Positions 51,330-62,625 of a stretch of DNA of 64,000 nt are shown here, in pieces. The notes under the pieces were generated by a model that worked only from the letters and a program-made list of their open reading frames with translations, was not told the DNA's origin and made no database searches. The stretch is from Haliotis rubra (taxonomy: Eukaryota), in the NCBI RefSeq assembly GCF_003918875.1, contig NW_025766002.1:1240001-1304000 (forward strand), in the 5' to 3' direction. Every line of letters starts with the position of its first letter. Position 1 is the stretch's first letter. The position numbers were made by a program, and so were the translations under genes.

Positions 51330-52658
51330 GCGCGCGCGCAAAAACAAAAAAGTCATCATGGTTTTTTTATTGAGAATATTATCAACAACAAGAGCAGAGG
51401 AGTGCGCCAAAAAGGAGGGGCGCGGAAATGACTCGCTTAACAATGCCAATACCAGACGTGACCACCATTTGCCTTGATAAAAGCGACAGAGGGCATTACA
51501 TGGTTGTACACAGCTTGAGGGATGATCTTCAAATTCCAACCAAAGATAGGCCAACCTTAGCTAGCTTTACCGACTGGTTCTGGTCCAGACGTTGTCGTCA
51601 TCCCAGGCATGTTCAATGGAACGAACGTCACCGGACGGCCATGGTAGTATAACAAGTAATACTGCCTCCATAAGTCTGTTACAACATGTGTAACGGCTGG
51701 ATGGGTATAATCCTGCATTAATGTAACGGTACGTCCCTGCATTTACACAAAGTGTACAACATGATCATGGCACCGTACGCCATTCAAATTGGCATTAACA
51801 AAGAAACATTTTACCTAACATCTGAAGACCTTGAGGAAACCTTGCATCGATAAAACATTCTCCTGAGACGCATGAAGACCCTTTCACGACCATGAGAACT
51901 GTCAAGATGAAACCTGGACTGATGTGTGAACAGTCTACTGTTCTAGTCTTGCCTTCTGAACTTCCGCTCGCGTCTTCATGAAACTAGGTGTTTCTGCCGG
52001 TGATGTGAAAACAAGAACTGGATGTCGGGACCGGATATTTTTCATTTTATCCCAGCTGACAGGACGGTTATAAGGCAAAGCAATACCGAGATACAACCAG
52101 CCCCAACTATGCTTCTAGATTTGTCAGCATCATACCCGAGACAAAGGTGCATATTCTTGTTCATTTGATTCGCCTCAAATTATGTTTCTGGGTTTACGAA
52201 CATCATACCCGTACACGTATTCGTGGGTTTCGCCAAAAAACTTCAAAGATATTCAGAACTTTGGGGTTTCCTTCCAGATTAACCTGAGACTCCATGATAT
52301 AAATGGAATGCTGTTCAAGCTGCGTTAAATCCAACTCACTCACTCACTCACTCACTCACTCATTCATTCACTCCAAATCACCAAACCACCCACCCACTTT
52401 GTGTTGTGCACTGAAAACATTTTGTAACTGTGTTCGCCAAACTTTAGGAAGCTTGTATGTTAAAGTTATCTTTAAAATATTAAAATGTAAAACATTTATC
52501 TTTGCAACATCTGCATAGAGTGTAAGGTGTATGTCTTGACAAGTGAAATATCCAGCTGGTAATCTGAAAGAATGCGTCCTTCAGGCTTGTCGTGACATGC
52601 ATTATCTATAGAAAACATTTAAATAGAATCACAATGTATGATACTGAGCAGAAGCAAA

Positions 52659-54107
52659 ATGAGTGTCCAAAGAGCTGTTTTGTTCTGGATTGTTGGAACT
52701 TTTGTTATCTGTGAGTGTGTGGAGAAACCTCATATTGTGTTTATCGTAGCTGATGACCTCGGATGGAACGATGTCGGATTCCGGAACCCTCAAATGATCA
52801 CCCCTAACCTGGACAGACTGGCCAAAGCTGGTGTCATCCTCAACTCATCTTACGTCCAGCCTCTATGCTCGCCCTCCAGAAGTTGTTTCATGTCCGGGTA
52901 TTTTCCGTATCACACTGGTCTACAAGATAGCGTTGTTAAGATAAACGCAGCAAAATTCCTTCCGGCTAACTTAACAACAATCCCGCAGAAACTGAAACAA
53001 CTTGGTTATGATGCCCACATGGTTGGGAAGTGGCACCTTGGCTTCTGTAACTGGAAGTATACACCCACAGACAGAGGCTTTGACTCCTACCTTGGATATT
53101 ACGCTGGAACGGAGAATTATTTTACTCACATTAGAAAGGATGACGAAGGTAACGTGGGACTGGATTTTCGCCTCAACAAAACTGCCTATAGAGACGCCAA
53201 CGGAACCTATTCTACACATATATTTGCAAACAAGGCCGTTGAAATCATTGAGAACCACGACAATAGTAAGCCACTTTATCTATACCTTCCTTTCCAGGCG
53301 GTACATGAACCTCTTCAAGTTCCACCTAAATATGAAAACATGTACAAGAACATAGAAACCATAAATAGAAGGATATATTGTGGAATGGTAACTGCGTTAG
53401 ACGAAGCTGTAGGAAATATCACTAAGGCATTAGAAGACAAAGGTCTCATGGACAATCTACTGTTGATCTTTACAACTGATAATGGTGGTCCCACATTTAT
53501 TGCTGCCAATAACCTGCCTTTACGGGGAGCCAAACATACTCTCTGGGAAGGGGGAACGAAAGGAACTGGATTCATCTACAGTAAAACCCTTCTGAAGAAA
53601 ACGGGCTACCTCAACACTGGAATGATGCATGCTGTGGACTGGTACCCTACTTTGGTGGAGCTGGCCGGTGGTGAAAACACAGATCCCAACATGGACGGAG
53701 TCAGTCAGTACGATATGCTGATCAATGGTGGACCCAGCAAGCGGAATGAGTTCGTCTACAACATCTATGACGAGATTGATGCAGCTGCAATCAGGTACGG
53801 AGATCTCAAGCTCATGCAAGGGAGTCCAGGAATTCACAATGGTTGGGCTCCTTTGCCACATCTGGGAATTGATGAAGGTGTCTATGAAGCTGATAACCAA
53901 GTGTTCCCTCCCTTCATGCTCTACAACATTACTGCAGATCCAACCGAACACTTCGACCTCTCAGCCAAGTATCCTGATCTTCTGGACATGATGAAGAAGA
54001 GGCTGGTGAACTGGAAGAAGTCTCGTGTTCCTGCCCAGAACAATTCTCCTGTTCCTGCATCCTACCCCAAGAACTTCGGTGGCGTATGGAGTCCTGGGTG
54101 GTGTTGA
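52659..54107 (+). CDS. ARSB-like: Arylsulfatase B/I/J-like sulfatase, gene 4 (482 aa from the paralog-aligned ATG; in-frame upstream ATG at 52638)
   Basis: Signal-like MSVQRAVLFWIVGTFVICEC; motifs CSPSR, GKWHLG, RGFD, QAVHEPLQVP (close to human ARSB QSVHEPLQVP), RGAKHTLWEGG. Confidence 0.95.
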   Translation: MSVQRAVLFWIVGTFVICECVEKPHIVFIVADDLGWNDVGFRNPQMITPNLDRLAKAGVILNSSYVQPLCSPSRSCFMSGYFPYHTGLQDSVVKINAAKFLPANLTTIPQKLKQLGYDAHMVGKWHLGFCNWKYTPTDRGFDSYLGYYAGTENYFTHIRKDDEGNVGLDFRLNKTAYRDANGTYSTHIFANKAVEIIENHDNSKPLYLYLPFQAVHEPLQVPPKYENMYKNIETINRRIYCGMVTALDEAVGNITKALEDKGLMDNLLLIFTTDNGGPTFIAANNLPLRGAKHTLWEGGTKGTGFIYSKTLLKKTGYLNTGMMHAVDWYPTLVELAGGENTDPNMDGVSQYDMLINGGPSKRNEFVYNIYDEIDAAAIRYGDLKLMQGSPGIHNGWAPLPHLGIDEGVYEADNQVFPPFMLYNITADPTEHFDLSAKYPDLLDMMKKRLVNWKKSRVPAQNNSPVPASYPKNFGGVWSPGWC

Positions 54108-54689
54108 TTTCTATATCAAGCAGACACTTCCTGTTGCACAAGTATTCTAAGGCTGTGAATGAAAGAATAGTGATGGAAACTGAGAGTTCGCTACATAACA
54201 TTTACTTGATTTAAACGAGAATACTAACGCCAAATTGTTTTTTCATAGGGGTTAAGCATTCTAAAAGTCACCTTTCTTGATTTAAATTGAAGAAATCGCA
54301 ATAAACACGCACTCGTCTTTCCGCCTTTCACAAAAACACCCGACAGTTAATGAGCAGAAGCTGCTATCACGTGACATGGCGTCAGATGTAGCTATTGCCG
54401 ATGACTTCCACTATGATCTTATCGGACATCTTGACAGTGACCATAGATTCTGAAGCAGTTAAAAATGTTCAAGATGTCATTTTTGACATGGATGCTTGAC
54501 CGTATCAGTATAAGCCGATTTTAAATCTTGAAAGGGAACTTACACTGACGATAAAGGAGAATGAAGCAAGGCACTTTCAACTTGTCTGTTACACGTCCTC
54601 AATACAAACTGTTTTGAACCGCAATGTAAACATGAACATATCTATTCCGAAAATGGCATAACGGTATCTTAATAATGTAGTATGCATCA

Positions 54690-55171
54690 TCCTCGATAAT
54701 CTCCAGGGTATATGTTACGATAAATCTTCACTATAAGCTGATGCCTCTACGTCTCGGCACGATGATGTTATTACCTCCCTTGGCTGGTTTTTATCCAATC
54801 AGGTGTCTACGCTTGGAAGTTGAGCGTACCAATCACAACTCACTTTCGCTTCTTTTATCTAACAGATCAAACTTGGCAACACAATTGTTGCAGAGGTACT
54901 CTGAAAGAGGTAGAAGGAGTTCTTGCATATATTTTTTAAGGTTTCAGACCTGTCAATTTGTATGTATGATTTCCCCATAAATCTAAGTCGCACTGGGAAC
55001 AAACTTTCGCGGCTGCAACCGCTATCTTTGGTGACACTGGCAAGCTCGGTTGTAACGGCGGCTTATCCAATTGGCTACAGTGAGAATGCGGAGCCAGCAA
55101 AGGAAGCCATAGATGCATCCAGGGTACTAGTGGAGATTTATCGTAACGTATACCCTGGAGGTTATCGAGGA
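54690..55171. mobile_element. MITE with 44-bp TIRs, unclassified
   Basis: tcctcgataatctccagggtatatgttacgataaatcttcacta (54690-54733) versus its inverse at 55128-55171, 3 mismatches. Confidence 0.8.
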
Positions 55172-55393
55172 AAAGTATGTATCTGAAGTACTGTTTCATT
55201 GAACTTCTGTATCAGTAAAATTGGCTGAAATTCAATGGAATACATACATGATATTGCTGATCGGATAGGAGGCTCAGCATCACTTTTTAACGACGTGCTG
55301 AACGTGCGACTCGAGTTGACACTTAGTTTATATCCGCGCACAGTAATACCAGGCATATCATTCCTTGTTAGTCGTATTCTTCTTATTAATTAA

Positions 55394-55563
55394 GGGGCAG
55401 TGGGGTAGCCTAGTGGTTAAGGCGTTCGCTCGTCACGTCTAAGACGCGGGTTCGATTCTTCAGATGGGTACAATGTGTGAAGCCCATTTCTGGTGTTCCC
55501 CGACGTGAAATTGCTGGAATATTGCTAAAAGCGGCGTAAAACTAAACTCACTCACTCACTCAC
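55394..55563 (+). mobile_element. tRNA-derived SINE family 1
   Basis: A and B boxes, tail, TSD tcttatt(a/g)attaa. Confidence 0.9.
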
Positions 55564-56721
55564 TCTTATTGATTAAAGCCGTTAGTATTTATACATCCAA
55601 ACATCATACATAATAATAGTCCATTTTTCATGCGCATTGCTCCATGCACAATGCATGCTCGAAGCGCACAAACAATCTGATTATTATTACCCCGTCTGTT
55701 ATCGAGAAAAAAATGTGAAAATACACAAATGACTGATCAATACAAACGACAGCTATCACAGCCGAGTGGGTTGGATCCTACTAGCATGTATTGGGACGTT
55801 TGGCTGGGCTGATTACGTAATGATCTTGTTACTTTTGTTGTTGTTATTGTTCATAAAGATTAGGGGTTTTTTTTGTCGGATAGGTACACATTAAGGACGC
55901 TTTTTGCAACTTGTAAAGCCCCCTCGTAGCGAAACGGGGAATCCTGTGACGTCATTAGGAAGCCTATTGACACCTGTGAATCCAAACCTTTCTCTGGCAT
56001 AAATCTGTCGTTTCACTTGGAAAACGGAAGAAATGGTGGCACTTTCCACTGTTCGATGATGCCGTGCATCCCCAGGCAACGCAATACACCATCTTACCAT
56101 TTTTAAAAAACGACAGAAAAAAGCGGTTGACATTACTGTGTAGCTTGGTGTTTGTCAATATGGCCGACTTTAGTCTCATATGACGTCACGAGTTAAAAGT
56201 CAACGTGGTAGAGAGCAGAATATGCATCATGGCCGAAGCTGAGATAACAGAAACAGTTTTCGCGATTAAAATATAGACAAAAATACTTATTTAATTTTAG
56301 TTGAGATGTAGTGTATGAATACAAGAACATTACAAATGTAGATATAGATGCTAGCATAGTCCTAGACTAACGCTTAGTCTCTGAATATATAATTTTGATA
56401 ATAACAAACAAGCCCATTTAAATTGAAAAGGAGCCCCAGGGAGACCAGAGATTCAGAACCTGAGGAAATCTAGACTTGCTTTATTTAGGACTTTAGCACT
56501 GCAGAAAGGAAGTATTCAGGGACTGTGAGACAGACTAGCATAGTCCCAAATATCTGCCGAATGTGGTTTACGCCTTTTTAGTAATATCCCAACGCCAGTT
56601 TTGTGTTTTAATACTCAGCAGTATTCCATCCATATGGTGGCGGTCTGTAAATAATCGAGTCTGGACCTGAAATCCTCCACACATTAACCATATAATGTTC
56701 ATGAATGCTGTATTGAAAGAT

Positions 56722-57043
56722 GTGAGCGCATTAGTGCAGTGGTAAGGCGTCTGTCCGGATTCGATCCCCGGTGGAGGCACCTAGGTTCGGGTCCCAAGGT
56801 AGGCACATTTGTGTAGTATCCTCGGACAAGATACTTAGATCCACATTGTCTCAGTTCACCCAGCTGTGAAATGGGTACTCGTGAGGATGTGCGGGCAATG
56901 TGAGTGATAAGTTCATTGAGCCTAACAGGCAGGATGGCTGTATGCTCCCCGTGGAGTTGAAAAAGTATCGGATAATACGATGGTGTCCTATGACCGGGGA
57001 TAGTAATGTACGTAGCGCCGTGAGCAGGTAATGTGCCTGGATA
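56722..57043 (+). mobile_element. CORE-like SINE related to family 4; tail interrupted and resuming at 57638-57655
   Basis: tRNA-like head, ctcagttcacccagctgtgaaatgggtac core, agcgccgtgagc..ggata|tgagcgccatat tail. Confidence 0.65.
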
Positions 57044-57629
57044 GGTTTAATCCCATAAGAACTACATCCCATTTGAACTACATCCCAAAATAACTACAGG
57101 GATTAATTAGGGATTAATTATCTGGGTAGAGGCACCCCCACGGCATGTAATGAGTACAGCCCACCAGCTCTCCCTGAAGAACTACGGACCAGTAACTATG
57201 TTGTTGTAAAGGACAAGAGAGAAGGGTATGCTGTAGTTAGTGAATGTTCTTGTATTCATATGATAGAAAAACAACAAGCCAAGCTTAGTATATTAGAGTA
57301 AAGGTAAAGGTATATTGGAGAAAAGGTGAAATACAAAGGAAATAGTTTTTAAGTTAAAATAGTAGTGTTATAGACTGCAATCCAGGACCTCGATGCAGTA
57401 CGCTACTTATTGAAGCTGGGCTAAACTAGTTCTACATGGATCAGATTGAACACTGAGGATGAAAGTGACTCTAAATTATCACACTAAATGTATAAGCCTA
57501 TCTATAGTATAGACTTTATCTGCACAAAATCTTTCGCTGTTCAACGGCTCTTCAGGTGTACAATGAAAAGTGTCATGTGTTGTTTTAAGCTGTAGTTCTT
57601 ATGGGATGTAGTTCTTATGGGAGGACACC
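57044..57629. mobile_element. Non-autonomous DNA transposon with GG..CC ends and an 8-bp TSD (Merlin-like)
   Basis: TSD cctggata at 57036-57043 and 57630-57637; ~39-bp TIRs built from tandem tcccataagaactaca units. Confidence 0.8.
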
Positions 57630-57672
57630 CCTGGATATGAGCGCCATATGCAGCCTTATGTTGACTCTTTTT

Positions 57673-58152
57673 GTCATGAATCTTTAGGCATAGATAAATA
57701 CGTTACACATTATCTCCTTTAGTTCAGGTTCAGATTGGACATTTCTGTTTGAACGAATTTGTAAGGACCTTTGGAATGGGTACATATTCATGTTTTAGAG
57801 TCCAACCAAAAGTTGGTAGTGTCGATGAAAGGTTTTTGCAGAATACTCAGTTATCACACTGGCCTTACAGTATTTAATATGACACTTATAATAAGCTATT
57901 TGATAAAGGATTAATGTAGTGATTTGTGGTGAGTCGTTTCGTCATGAATCTTTAGGCATAGACATAAATATGAAGAGTGCTTTAGTTCAAGTTCAGATGG
58001 TACATTTGCTGGACCATCCAGCAATATATTTGAATATGTTTGAACGAATTTGTTTGGACCTTTGGAATGCATACGCTTCAGGTTTTAGAGTCAAGCAAAA
58101 AGCTGATAGTGCCTATGAACGGTTTTGGCAGAATTCTTCCTCAGTTATATCA
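57673..58152. repeat. Diverged local duplication (~190-210 bp, two copies)
   Basis: gtcatgaatctttaggcataga..ctttagttca..tttgaacgaatttgt..ggacctttggaatg..tcagttat at 57673 and 57941. Confidence 0.85.
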
Positions 58153-58500
58153 CATGTGGCATTATTTGATGACAGTAGGCTGGGACGGAAACAAATATGG
58201 GCCCGAATCTAATGATTAGCCGAATATCTTCATTTTCACGTACACCGACAGATGCATCGGATCACACTACATGAGACATCCAAATTCAATAATCAGCTAT
58301 CGTTTAAAACGTTTCCACAATATCCCGGTTTAATATAAACCAGTGCTAAAAAGAAACTATACACCGCAAAATATTACATAAAATTCAAAAAAATATAAAT
58401 GATGTCATAACACCATACTGAGCCATGTCACACACGTACAGACCCATCATTTCCGGGAACAAACGGCGAAACAAGTTAACGAATCGCCTAAACTGTCGAG

Positions 58501-58660
58501 TGAGTGAGTGAGTTTAGTTTTACGCCGCACTCAGCAATATTCCGGATATATGGCAACGGTCTGTAAATAATCGAGTCTGGACCAGACAATCCAGTGAACA
58601 ACAACATGAGCATCGATCTGCGCAACTGGGAACCGAGGACATGTATCAACCAAGTCAGCG
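58501..58660 (-). mobile_element. SINE family 2, 5'-truncated, inserted into a Tc1 remnant
   Basis: Perfect 15-bp TSD gcctaaactgtcgag at 58486-58500 and 58661-58675. Confidence 0.9.
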
Positions 58661-58675
58661 GCCTAAACTGTCGAG

Positions 58676-58975
58676 AGCTGTCGGAATGGCCCAACAAGGA
58701 GCTGACCACACCGTCATTGCCAGAACCTGCGAATGCACCCGAGCACCTGTCATCAGACTGGTGCAACAACTAAAACAAAAACAGGTAATACATCAGACTG
58801 GCCTAGGAGTGGTCGACCAAGTGTGACAACGGCCGGCGATGATCGCCACATCCGGACAATTCATCTAAGAAATCGTTTTATAACGGCGACGGCATTAGGA
58901 TACCGTATCTGTCGACATACAGTGTACCGGCGACAAAGCGAACATGGTATTCGAGCACGTCGACCCAACAGCTGA
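58676..58975 (+). mobile_element. Tc1 transposase N-terminal (HTH) remnant
   Basis: AVGMAQQG..VIAR..TGNTSDWPRSGRPSVTTAGDDRHIRTIHLRNRF; frameshifted and homologous to 35576-35932. Confidence 0.8.
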
Positions 58976-60984
58976 GTGCACTGTTGAGCTCACAACTAGT
59001 TAATACCAAAAATTAGCATGCTATCAGAAGGGCACGAAGAGGTTAGCCTTTTCGCGAACACCTTGTGTAATCCCTGAGTTTCAATGATCCATTTATTGTT
59101 TTTACACAGCTTTTTTACTCTTACACCAAATGGAATCTGTTTCTGAGGATAGACCTGGTTTTCTATTATTTATAGATGTCCTGTCCTTTCAACAATAACC
59201 CCCTACACAAGGCGACCAATGTGCCCGTGTTGCTGTATACCCAGACAGGTGAGGTAAGGGATATCACGCCTGGGATATAATAATAAACAGTGCATTTATG
59301 ATGCGCTAATCTCACTAGGTGAATGCTCATAGCGCTACGAATCTGATTATTATAACCCCGGACAACCCAAGATGCGTGTGAGGCGCTAGAAGGTTAATAG
59401 TGGCATGACTTATCACACTCTATACCCATTTTCTAGTGGGTGAACAGAGGCAATTTTGAACAAACTCACTTTCCTAAGGTGAGACCACATGTATCACATG
59501 TGCTTCGTCACGGGGCAGGAGTCAAGCTGCAAAACATGGTCACCCATCCATGGACTCTCCGCGCTCAACGTTGCTTAACGTCAACTGATTTGTGACCTGT
59601 GCTGTATGCATAGGACCACACACCACCATATATATATATATGTTTGGGTTAGGTTTAAAGTACACATCATTTCCCTTAATCTCTTGGGAGTAGTGAAACA
59701 AATGACGCCACATATTTAATAATATGAATAGGTTTTGTGGTACCAGCACAAACACATGTTGTGGCAAGTCAACTGGCTATATAGATCCGTTTGAGTGCAT
59801 TACCTAACTGATAAGTGATATGACTCATTGATTGAGAGACTGTTCTTTCACATAAAGACAATTGATTTTCCCTTCAACAATCGTACTAATCTGAAAATAT
59901 GTGATCATGTACCAGTCAGATTAATGAGCACGATGAAGGCCCCAGGTCTCCCGGATATGACAACACACGACTATCAAACTACTATCAAACTCACAGAGCC
60001 TCATCACATTGGTTTTAATATATTTATTTCAACTTCGTGTTATACAGCGTATAGGATGTTCGCCGTAGATTTTCCAAAGTATAAACATCAATGAATACCA
60101 GTACAGAAACAGATGACAGGCTGAAGCTATTCATGGTATGATTTGCACATATAATTAACTTAATAAATATCAGAAGATATTATACATGAAATACTATTTT
60201 GAGTGGTTCAGAATACAGGATGTCCTCCGTACATTTTACAGAGAATAAACATCAATGAATACTAGAACAGATACAGATGGCAGGCTGAAGCTATTCATGA
60301 CATGATGGTCTTGCAAGAGTAAAAGCCTTGGGGACCCAACATTCATCCCAGTCGTGTCTATATGTTTCCAAATAGGTAGTTCATTTAGGAACAATTAATC
60401 GGAGATTTTGCAACTACAGGGCATTCAACGTTATTCATTTTGAAACGCGAACACATATACATGTACATAAAAATACATAACCACCAAACACACATTCACA
60501 GGTATTGCTTTTGAAAGCTCAGTACCACCAGGATGAAGTACAACATGGCGCACATGTTTCCCCAGAGAAAGATCAGCTGTCTTAAACAGCTTTCAGATTC
60601 TTGTATTTAATTAAATAAGCGTAATTTGGATAGCTAGCACGATAACACTGTCTTTCTGATATAGATCAGTTCTTTCACAATTTATCACCCATCGCATTCT
60701 TAGAAACAATCAAACACATCTGAAAAAGTTCCACACATGCATCCAGCAACAGGTATGTTAGAATAGAATATTTCATACAACGTTTCACTGATGCCATGTT
60801 ACCATGTACAGGTATAATGTTTTTAGTTACGTTGACGACATCAGCACAGATTCCATGGTATGTGCCTTGACCAGTAGATTATCTAGATGGTAACCATACT
60901 GAAAGAACGCATGTCGTCACGATTGTCTTATCTATCACAAACATACCTAGAGAAGCACAATGTGCCATATTGAGCAGAAGAAAA

Positions 60985-62427
60985 ATGAGCCTCCTACGAG
61001 CTGTATGTATTCTCACGACTTTTGTGATCTGTGAGTGTGCGGAGAAACCTCACATTGTTTTCATAGTTGCGGATGACCTCGGTTGGAACGATGTTGGATT
61101 CCGGAACCCTCAAATGATCACACCTAATCTGGACAGACTGGCCAAAGCGGGAGTCATCCTCAACTCCTCTTACGTCCAGCCTCTATGTTCGCCCTCCAGA
61201 AACTGCTTCATGTCGGGGTATTTCCCGTATCACACTGGACTACAAGATGGCGTTATTCAGACAGAGGCAGCACAATTCCTTCCTGTCAACCTGACAACAA
61301 TCCCTCAGAAACTGAAACAACTTGGCTATGATACTCACATGGTTGGAAAGTGGCATCTAGGTTTCTGTAACTGGAAGTATACACCTACAGAGAGAGGCTT
61401 TGACACCTATCTTGGATATTACTCTGGAATGGAGGACTATTTTACTCACATATCACAGAATCACGGAGGTGACATGGGACTGGATTTTCACTTCAATAAA
61501 ACTGCCTACAGAGACGCCAATGGTACATATTCTGCACATTTGTTTGCAGACAGAGCCATTGAAATCATCGACAACCACGATAAAAGCAAGCCACTTTATA
61601 TGTACCTCCCATTCCAGTCGGTACATGAACCTCTTGAAGTTCCGCCCAAATATGAAAACATGTACAAGAACATAGAAACCAAAAAAAGAAGGATATATTG
61701 TGGAATGGTGACAGCGTTAGACGAAGCTGTTGGCAATATCACTAGGACATTAGAAGAAAAAGGGCTTATGGACAATCTACTATTAGTCTTTACAACTGAT
61801 AATGGTGGTCCTACGTATAAAGCTGCTAATAACTTGCCTTTGCGAGGTGCCAAGGCTACACTATGGGAAGGGGGAACGAAAGGAACTGGATTCATCTACA
61901 GTAAATCCCTTCTCAAGAAGACGGGCTACCTCAACACTGGAATGATGCATGCTGTGGACTGGTACCCGACATTGGTGGAGTTGGCTGGTGGAGAGAACAC
62001 AGATCCCAACATGGACGGAGTCAGTCAGTACAACATGCTCATCAATGGTGGAGCCAGCAAGCGAAATGAGTTCGTCTACAACATCTATGACGAGATTGAT
62101 GCAGCTGCAATACGGTACGGAGATCTTAAGCTCATCCAAGGCAGTCCAGGAGCTCACAATGGTTGGGCTCCTTTGCCACATCTGGGAATTGATGAAGGTG
62201 TCTATGAAGCTGATAACCAAACGTTCCCTCCCTTCATGCTCTACAACATCACTGCAGATCCAACCGAACACTTCGACCTCTCAGCCATGTACCCTGAGCT
62301 GGTGGACATGATGAAGAAGAGGCTAGAAATCTGGAAACAGTCTGGTGTTCCGGCGCAGGACAATTCTAGTATTCCTGCAGCAAACCCAAAATACTATGAC
62401 GGTGTATGGAGCCCAGGCTGGTGTTAA
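60985..62427 (+). CDS. ARSB-like: Arylsulfatase B/I/J-like sulfatase, gene 5 (480 aa, intron-free CDS, signal peptide)
   Basis: ATG at 60985; MSLLRAVCILTTFVICEC; motifs CSPSR, GKWHLG, RGFD, QSVHEP, RGAKATLWEGG, GVWSPGWC; AATAAA near 62500. Confidence 0.96.
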   Translation: MSLLRAVCILTTFVICECAEKPHIVFIVADDLGWNDVGFRNPQMITPNLDRLAKAGVILNSSYVQPLCSPSRNCFMSGYFPYHTGLQDGVIQTEAAQFLPVNLTTIPQKLKQLGYDTHMVGKWHLGFCNWKYTPTERGFDTYLGYYSGMEDYFTHISQNHGGDMGLDFHFNKTAYRDANGTYSAHLFADRAIEIIDNHDKSKPLYMYLPFQSVHEPLEVPPKYENMYKNIETKKRRIYCGMVTALDEAVGNITRTLEEKGLMDNLLLVFTTDNGGPTYKAANNLPLRGAKATLWEGGTKGTGFIYSKSLLKKTGYLNTGMMHAVDWYPTLVELAGGENTDPNMDGVSQYNMLINGGASKRNEFVYNIYDEIDAAAIRYGDLKLIQGSPGAHNGWAPLPHLGIDEGVYEADNQTFPPFMLYNITADPTEHFDLSAMYPELVDMMKKRLEIWKQSGVPAQDNSSIPAANPKYYDGVWSPGWC

Positions 62428-62625
62428 TTTCTCTGAACTGATAAATGGACATTTCAAACTGCATCATTTCCATTTATTTTCACGTACATACAATTTCTTA
62501 ATAAAAATCTTTATTTCAGAAAATGGAAGGAAAAAGTTACGATAATGAAATCAATCGCTCTTGAAGAAACCATGCACACTTTGCATAAGCATTGCCAGGA
62601 CGTCAAGGTGGCAAGGTGCGAAGGT

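Larger units (their letters stand above)
54215..56290. mobile_element. Probable decayed Kolobok-derived insertion (THAP remnant on -, KolX-like start on +)
   Basis: TTAA at 54211 and 56291. The flank resumes at ~56295 with homology to the gene 3 3' flank. THAP-like MVYCVAWGC..FFRFP..RKVW at 56092-55964 and PYQYKP at 54500-54517. TIRs are not clearly recognisable. Confidence 0.5.

Noticed and set aside
51420-52200. Further Tc1-like fragments after the gap
   Set aside because: Only faint similarity (MTRLT start, W-rich segment); too decayed to delimit.
37155-62311. Antisense and alternate-frame ORFs repeated within genes 2-5
   Set aside because: Shadows of the sulfatase CDS, repeated only because the paralogs are near-identical.
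28149-62427. Bacterial origin or contamination of the intronless sulfatases
   Set aside because: They have a metazoan ARSB-type C-terminus, N-glycosylation sequons and AATAAA signals, and are interspersed with host SINEs and LINEs, with no operon structure. A phylogeny would be the formal test.
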